Positions 61,178 through 64,000 of a stretch of DNA of 64,000 nt are shown here, piece after piece (within the stretch, counting starts at the first letter, position 1; each line of letters begins with the position of its first letter). The DNA comes from Epiperipatus broadwayi. Its lineage: Eukaryota > Animalia > Onychophora. Location of the stretch: positions 8,370,001 through 8,434,000 of the forward strand of contig JAQFVV010000005.1 in NCBI GenBank assembly GCA_028023455.1, given 5' to 3'. The notes under the pieces were generated by a model that saw nothing but the letters and a program-made list of their open reading frames with translations, was not told where the DNA came from and did not search any database. Position numbers and translations under genes: made by a program.

Positions 61178-63862
61178 TTTAAAAAGTGGACATATACTCT
61201 ACTATAAAGGCACAAATATTGGAAATACAAGTGGAGTAGGATTCAATATAAATAAAAAATGGAAGAATAACATTGTGAGATTGATGGTGTATCGGACAGA
61301 GTGGCAAGATTAGTTTTACAACTTAATAGCAGATACCAAATGCAGATAATTCAGGTTTATTCCCCAACAAGTTCTCATAGTGATGAAGTTATAGAAGATT
61401 TTTATATGGATGTTCAAAAGGCTTTTGATCAGAGTAAACAACATTTTAAAATTGTTATGGAAGACTTTAATGCTAGAATTGGTAAACAAATGAAAGATGA
61501 AAATGATGTAGATAATTTTGGTTATGGTAATAGAAATGAGAGAGGGCATAGACTTGTGGAGTTTGCAGAAAAAGAAAAACTTTATATTATGAATTCTTTT
61601 TTTGAGAAAAATGTTAAAAGGAAATGGACATGGAAGCATCCAAATGAAGGTACAACAGAATTGGATTATATTTTGACTAACAGAAAATACATATTTCAAG
61701 ATTGTAATGTTCTTAATAAATTTAACACAGGAAGTGATCATCGATTAGTAAGATGTAAGATACATGTTAATGCAAAACTAGAGAGACAAAAATTATTAAG
61801 AAAAACAATATTTACAGTTGACATTCCTAATCTTCAGAAACATTCTAATGAATTTAAATTAGAACTTACAAATCGGTTTCAAGTATTAGTAGATTTTGAA
61901 CATGATTCAGATTTGAATGACATTAATAGAAAAATAAATAATACACTTTTAAAAACTGCAACAAAGATAGGTTGTAGAAAAAAGCAGCAATTGACCAATA
62001 AAATTTCTACTGAGACTAGAGAATTTATGAAGAAAAGAAGGACTATGAGGATATACAACAATGATGCATTAAAAAAGATTGAATATCTCTAATTTTGTGA
62101 AATGGTGCAGAAAAGAGTTGAAAATGATATAAGAAAGTATAATTGTGAACTAGCAAGGAAAGCTGTAGAAGAGAATAAAAGTCTAAAGAGTGTAAAACAA
62201 CATTTTGCTATTGGTAGGAAATTTATATCTGCAATAAGAAAAAAAGATGGCATTATTACTAAAAAGAGAGATGACATCATGAAATGTGTAGAAGACTTCT
62301 ATCAAGAATTATATAGTAATAAAGAACAAGTGCCTCCTATACCTATTATATTTTCCGAATTGCCCAGAATTTTGAATGAGGAAGTGAGACATGCAATTAA
62401 ATTTATGAAGAAAGGGAAGGCTCCAGGTAATGATGGAATTATAATTGATATATTAAAAGAAGCAGGTGAAGAAATAGAATTTTTTTTTTAGCAAAGTTAT
62501 ATACCAAATGTCTAAATGATAAAGATGTACCAGATGATTGGAAGAATGCAGTATTAATATTAATATTTAAAAAAGGTGATAAAGAAGATATTAGAAATTA
62601 CAGACCTATCAGTCTTTTATCAGTTTTATACAAAATTTTTACTAAGATAATTACAACTCATCTACAGAAAACACTGGATTTCCACCAACCAAGAGAACAA
62701 ACTGGATTTAAAAGTGATTTTAGTACAGTAGATCATATCCAGGTATTGAGAGAAATTATAGAAAGGACAAATGAATATGAGTTGCCATTATGCTTAGGAT
62801 TTGTAGATTATGAAAAGGCATTTGATTCTATAAACACTTCTTCAGTGATTAAAGCATTGGATAATCAAGGTGTAGATCCAGAATATTGTCATATTTTTAA
62901 AAATGTTTATAAAAATGCAACAGCAACAATTAGATTACATAATGATAGTAGGAAAATCAACATTGAAAAGGTGTAAGACAGGGTGATTCCATATCTCCAA
63001 AACTTTTTACAGCAGTGCTGCAAGAAGTATTTTGTGGATTAAAATGGGAAGCTAAAGGAGTGAAAGTAAATGGAGATTATTTAAGTCATTTAGATTTTGC
63101 AGATGATGTAGTTGTTTTTGCAAATAATGCTTTAGAGCTACAGGAAATGTTGCAAAAGTTATCAGATGAAAGTAGGACTAAAGATAAAAGTTAAAAAGAC
63201 TAAAGTAATGTTTAATAGATTTTTTCAAAATATGAAAATAAAGATTGATTATGATGAGTTAGAAGAAGTTAACAGTTACAAATACCTTGGTCAGATTATT
63301 AATACAGATGGAAATATAATGGATGAAATTAATCATAGAATTAAACTTGGTTGGAGTGCTTTTGGTAGAAATAACTTGATACTAAAAGGAAATATGCCTA
63401 TGTGTTTGAAAAGGAAGGTTTTTAATAAATTTTTTGTTTGAGGAAGGTCTTACTTATGGATCTGAGACTTGGACACTTAATAGAAGAGCAATACAGAGAC
63501 TTCAGGCCACTCAAAGAAGTATGGAGAGATGCATGTTGGGAGTAACAAGAAGAGATCGAAAATGCAATGTATGGGTAAGAGAACAAACAGGTGTTACTGA
63601 CCTCATTGAAAAAATTAAAAGACTGAAGTGGACTTGGGCTGGACGTATTGTTAGAAGAGATGATAATAGATGGACAATTGAAATTTTATACTGGATTCCA
63701 AGAGATTGTAAAAGACCCAGAAAGAGACCACATGTGAGATGGATGGAAGAAATAAAAAAATGTGCAGGGGTGATGTGGAGAAGAGAAGCTAAAGATGGAT
63801 TGAACTTGAAGAGACCTTCATCCTGCAGTGGATTGATAATGGTTGATGATGATGATGATGAT
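61178..63862 (+). mobile_element. RTE-clade LINE, 5'-truncated and frameshifted
   Basis: ORF pieces 61301-62092, 62102-62491, 62746-62976, 63166-63441 and 63434-63886 carry APE/RT motifs; (GAT)n tail; same family as 52029-54830. Confidence 0.93.
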
Positions 63863-64000
63863 ATATATATATATTATAACCTTTAGCTTTGGCAGAAGCT
63901 AAATATTAAGTCAAATTTTGTGCCAAGATATTTAAAATATATATATTGTGCCCTTTTCTATGGGTCAGAAATAGCTCATCACAGTAAATTGCTAAAAATT

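Noticed and set aside
1-64000. CRISPR array, rRNA or prokaryotic operon
   Set aside because: No regularly spaced repeat-spacer array or rRNA-like sequence; the content is eukaryotic.

Overview
Very AT-rich eukaryotic DNA, probably from an arthropod (inferred from composition, finger style and transposon mix, not shown directly). There are two paralogous intronless poly-C2H2 zinc-finger ORFs on the + strand (16068-18050 and 56890-58326), set in a transposon-dense background. That background holds a Gypsy gag/protease remnant, two decayed hAT transposases, a near full-length LINE with an SGNH-esterase ORF1, two RTE LINE copies in inverted orientation around the second ZNF ORF, several older LINE scraps and tRNA-Gly-derived SINE/pseudogene copies. 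The least explained signal is a set of three unrelated non-coding repeat families sharing one architecture: an inverted partial copy joined to a direct monomer or tandem, usually bounded by 9-15 bp target-site duplications. Two of the families carry a minimal type I hammerhead ribozyme with a palindromic helix III. This fits non-autonomous Penelope-like or retrozyme-like elements; no Penelope RT/GIY-YIG is seen in the window. All alignments and counts were done by eye, and boundaries of decayed elements are approximate.
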